Assembly (NCBI RefSeq): GCF_006345805.1
Contig: NW_021828219.1
Location: forward strand, 1 to 9,015
Source of the DNA: Octopus sinensis
Lineage: Eukaryota
DNA: 9,015 bases
Direction of reading: 5' to 3'
The position numbers were made by a program, and so were the translations under genes. The stretch's first letter is position 1; every line of letters starts with the position of its first letter. Positions 7,329-9,015 of this stretch are shown piece after piece. The notes below the pieces were generated by a model, which saw only the letters and a program-made list of their open reading frames with translations, did no database searches and was not told where the DNA came from.

Positions 7329-7518
7329 TGACTTAAAACTGTATGATAGATTGCCGTTAATTCTTTCTCTCTCACCTGTTTGTGTTTGCCTACAAATGCT
7401 GTGCCTTTACTGTGATCTCCCTTTTAGTAGAAGAAATAGCTATAATCTCTTTGACTGCTATTTCTAAATTCGGTGTGTGGTAAGGCAATTCGTTGCTAAA
7501 CCCTTAATTGCTTAGTAT

Positions 7519-7700
7519 ATATATATATACATATATACGACAGGCTTCTTTCAGTTTCCGTCTACCAAATCCACTCACAGGCATTGGTCAGCCCGGAGCT
7601 ATAGCAGAAGACACTTGCCCAAGATGCCACGCAGTGGGACTGAACCCGCAACCATGTGGCTGGTTAGCAAGCTACTTACCACACAGCCACTCCTGCGCCT
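7519..7700 (-). mobile_element. SINE family B, 5' half (tRNA head + CORE-like box)
   Basis: (TA)n then CGACAGGCTTCTTTCAGTTTCCG...ACACTTGCCCAAGATGCCAC...GGGACTGAACC...CCACACAGCCACTCCTGCGCCT. Completes 5975-6241. Confidence 0.9.
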
Positions 7701-7704
7701 ATAT

Positions 7705-8163
7705 ATAAACTTAGATAAACTTAGATATGTTTCGACCAAAGATTGGTCCAGGCCATGTCTAACTTAATAGCACCACCTGATAGGATTATCTGTATCCTGT
7801 TTAAGTCAAGTTTTGTTAATGGTCCATTCAAGTAGTGAGTTTTTGTTGGGTGAGTTGTATCCAATTATGGGTGGCTTATCTGGTATTCCTTGAAGGAATC
7901 TATCCAGACTCCGTTTAAAGTTGATGGGATCCTTTTCCTCTTTGATCTCGTTCGGGACAATGTTAAATAGGGCAGGGCCTGTTGAGGAAAATAAATTATG
8001 TTGCAGTGTACATGTATGCTGTGATCTTGAATTGGGCAGGGGACGTATGGCCCGTGGTCCCAGTCTTGGATGAACCTTGAAGCTAATGTTCAGGTCGTTT
8101 GGGCAAAGTTGGCGGTATATTCTCCACATCGTACAAATGATGTACCGCTCACGGCGACGCTGT
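7705..8163 (-). mobile_element. 5'-truncated LINE 3' end (CR1/L2-group ORF2 C-terminus, 3' UTR and tandem tail)
   Basis: Open frame QRRRERYIICTMWRIY...GPALFNIVPNEIK...FKRSLDRFLQGIPDKP..GY...NSLLEW ends at the stop at 7806-7808, typical of the region after the RT domain. UTR hairpin GACCA-atctt-TGGTC. Tail (CTAAGTTTAT)2 at 7705-7724. Clade not resolved. Confidence 0.85.
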
Positions 8164-8228
8164 GTGTATATATATATATTATATATATATATATTCACAC
8201 ACACACACACATGCACACACACACACAC

Positions 8229-8264
<36 letters not shown>

Positions 8265-8268
8265 AATA
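8164..8268. repeat. (TA)n/(CA)n microsatellite
   Basis: Directly visible. Confidence 0.95.
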
Positions 8269-8382
8269 TATTTTATTGTTGCGTCTGTGACTACTGCAGC
8301 TGTTGTCTAATGGCAATAACAATTACAAATATGGCGATGACAAATAACCTGAATGACATTGGTGTATTTCTCTGCGGTGAAA

Positions 8383-8490
8383 CTGTTGTTGCTATTGCTG
8401 TTGTTGTTGTAGTTGCTGTTGCAGTTGTTCTGGTTGTTGTTGTTGTTCTGGTTGTTGTTGTTGTTCTGCTTGTTGTTGTTGTTGTTGTTT
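8383..8490. repeat. (GTT)n trinucleotide repeat with recurring GTTCTG variants
   Basis: Directly visible. Confidence 0.92.
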
Positions 8491-8791
8491 AACTGCAGGT
8501 CATTTCTTATCAACCAAACAATATTTTCGAAGACATTCCAGCCACGACCTTTCCGACTATTTTAGGAGGAATGCAGAGTCCTGTATGACATTGTCTGGTG
8601 TGTATAACCCTTACGCGAGACAGTTCAGTGCGATTCGAAGGAATACTTGGCTACTGTTTACAGCAGGTGAAGGGACCAGGTGGAAGATATCTCGGAGACT
8701 GTCGTTAATGGTCGATGGTGAGAGGGGTGAGATTGGACGATGCCACATTGTTGCAGTAGTCTTGCTGAAATGGTCTGGGTTGCACTAATGG

Positions 8792-9013
8792 TTAGAATGA
8801 TGATGATGATGATGATGTCGGTGGTGGTCCTGGTGGTCCTGGTGGTGGTGGTGGTGGCGGCGGTGGTGGCTGTGGTGGCGGTGGTGGCGTTAGTGGGAGG
8901 TGAGGTGAGGTTGGGATGAGGTGTGATGATGATGATGATGAGAGTGGTGGTGGTCCTGGTGGTGGTCCTGGTGGTGGTGGTCTTCTTGAAGGGATTCGTT
9001 GTGGTGAAAATAG
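8792..9013 (-). CDS. Possible terminal coding segment, Pro/Ser-rich (unsupported beyond an open frame)
   Basis: The frame is open from the window edge: LFSPQRIPSRRPPPPGPPPGPPPLSSSSSSHLIPTSPHLPLTPPPPPQPPPPPPPPPPGPPGPPPTSSSSSSF*. It could equally be microsatellite noise. Confidence 0.2.
   Translation of the reverse strand, partial: LFSPQRIPSRRPPPPGPPPGPPPLSSSSSSHLIPTSPHLPLTPPPPPQPPPPPPPPPPGPPGPPPTSSSSSSF
8797..8981. repeat. (GAT)n/(GGT)n low-complexity tract with two GAT-GGT-CCT blocks
   Basis: Directly visible; blocks at ~8797-8857 and ~8924-8981. Confidence 0.9.
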
Positions 9014-9015
9014 TA

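Larger units (their letters stand above)
6242..7518 (-). mobile_element. Young non-coding hammerhead-bearing retroelement (Penelope pseudo-LTR or retrozyme-like): 590-bp unit, truncated tandem copy and inverted copy, inserted in (TA)n
   Basis: 6242-6560 recurs at 6832-7149 (period 590; by eye only CGC/ACA and a 1-bp T indel differ). 7150-7518 is the reverse complement of unit positions 6681 back to 6312. (TA)n on both flanks. No ORF of 60 aa or more in the track. Confidence 0.85.
6902..7518. repeat. 248-bp perfect inverted repeat with 121-bp spacer
   Basis: Left arm 6902-7149, right arm 7271-7518, no mismatch seen by eye. The spacer 7150-7270 is the reverse complement of 6561-6681. Confidence 0.92.

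Noticed and set aside
7728-7760. Hairpin followed by GAAAC in the LINE 3' UTR resembling half a hammerhead
   Set aside because: No CUGANGA core upstream; better explained as the RT-recognition stem-loop.
8070-8513. ORFs with poly-V, poly-N and poly-HT, plus poly-Q and poly-T frames with a hydrophobic end
   Set aside because: Products of (CA)n and (GTT)n repeats. The Q and T frames are closed by stops immediately upstream and lack convincing splice signals.

Overview
A eukaryotic, essentially non-coding window packed with repeats. The SINE families look like those of octopod cephalopods (Octopus); this assignment is from recollection, not a search. No intact protein-coding gene is supported. 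Contents: about 11 copies or fragments of one tRNA-derived SINE family (family A, monomers and dimers), three copies of a CORE-like SINE with an internal microsatellite (family B), one V-domain-like SINE, three Tc1/mariner relics, the 3' end of a CR1/L2-group LINE and several microsatellites. The main signal is two unrelated hammerhead-ribozyme (HHR) elements with Penelope-like architecture. (1) A very young 1277-bp insertion (6242-7518) in a (TA)n tract, made of a 590-bp unit, a truncated tandem copy and an inverted copy. It carries complete type I HHRs on both strands and a 248-bp perfect inverted repeat. (2) A tRNA-Arg-headed SINE (3690-4017) with a minimal HHR scrambled by a micro-inversion and a perfect 36-bp inverted duplication at its 5' end. 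The family-B SINE 3' end also matches the 3' UTR of the LINE, which suggests a SINE-LINE partner pair. All alignments and folds were done by eye.
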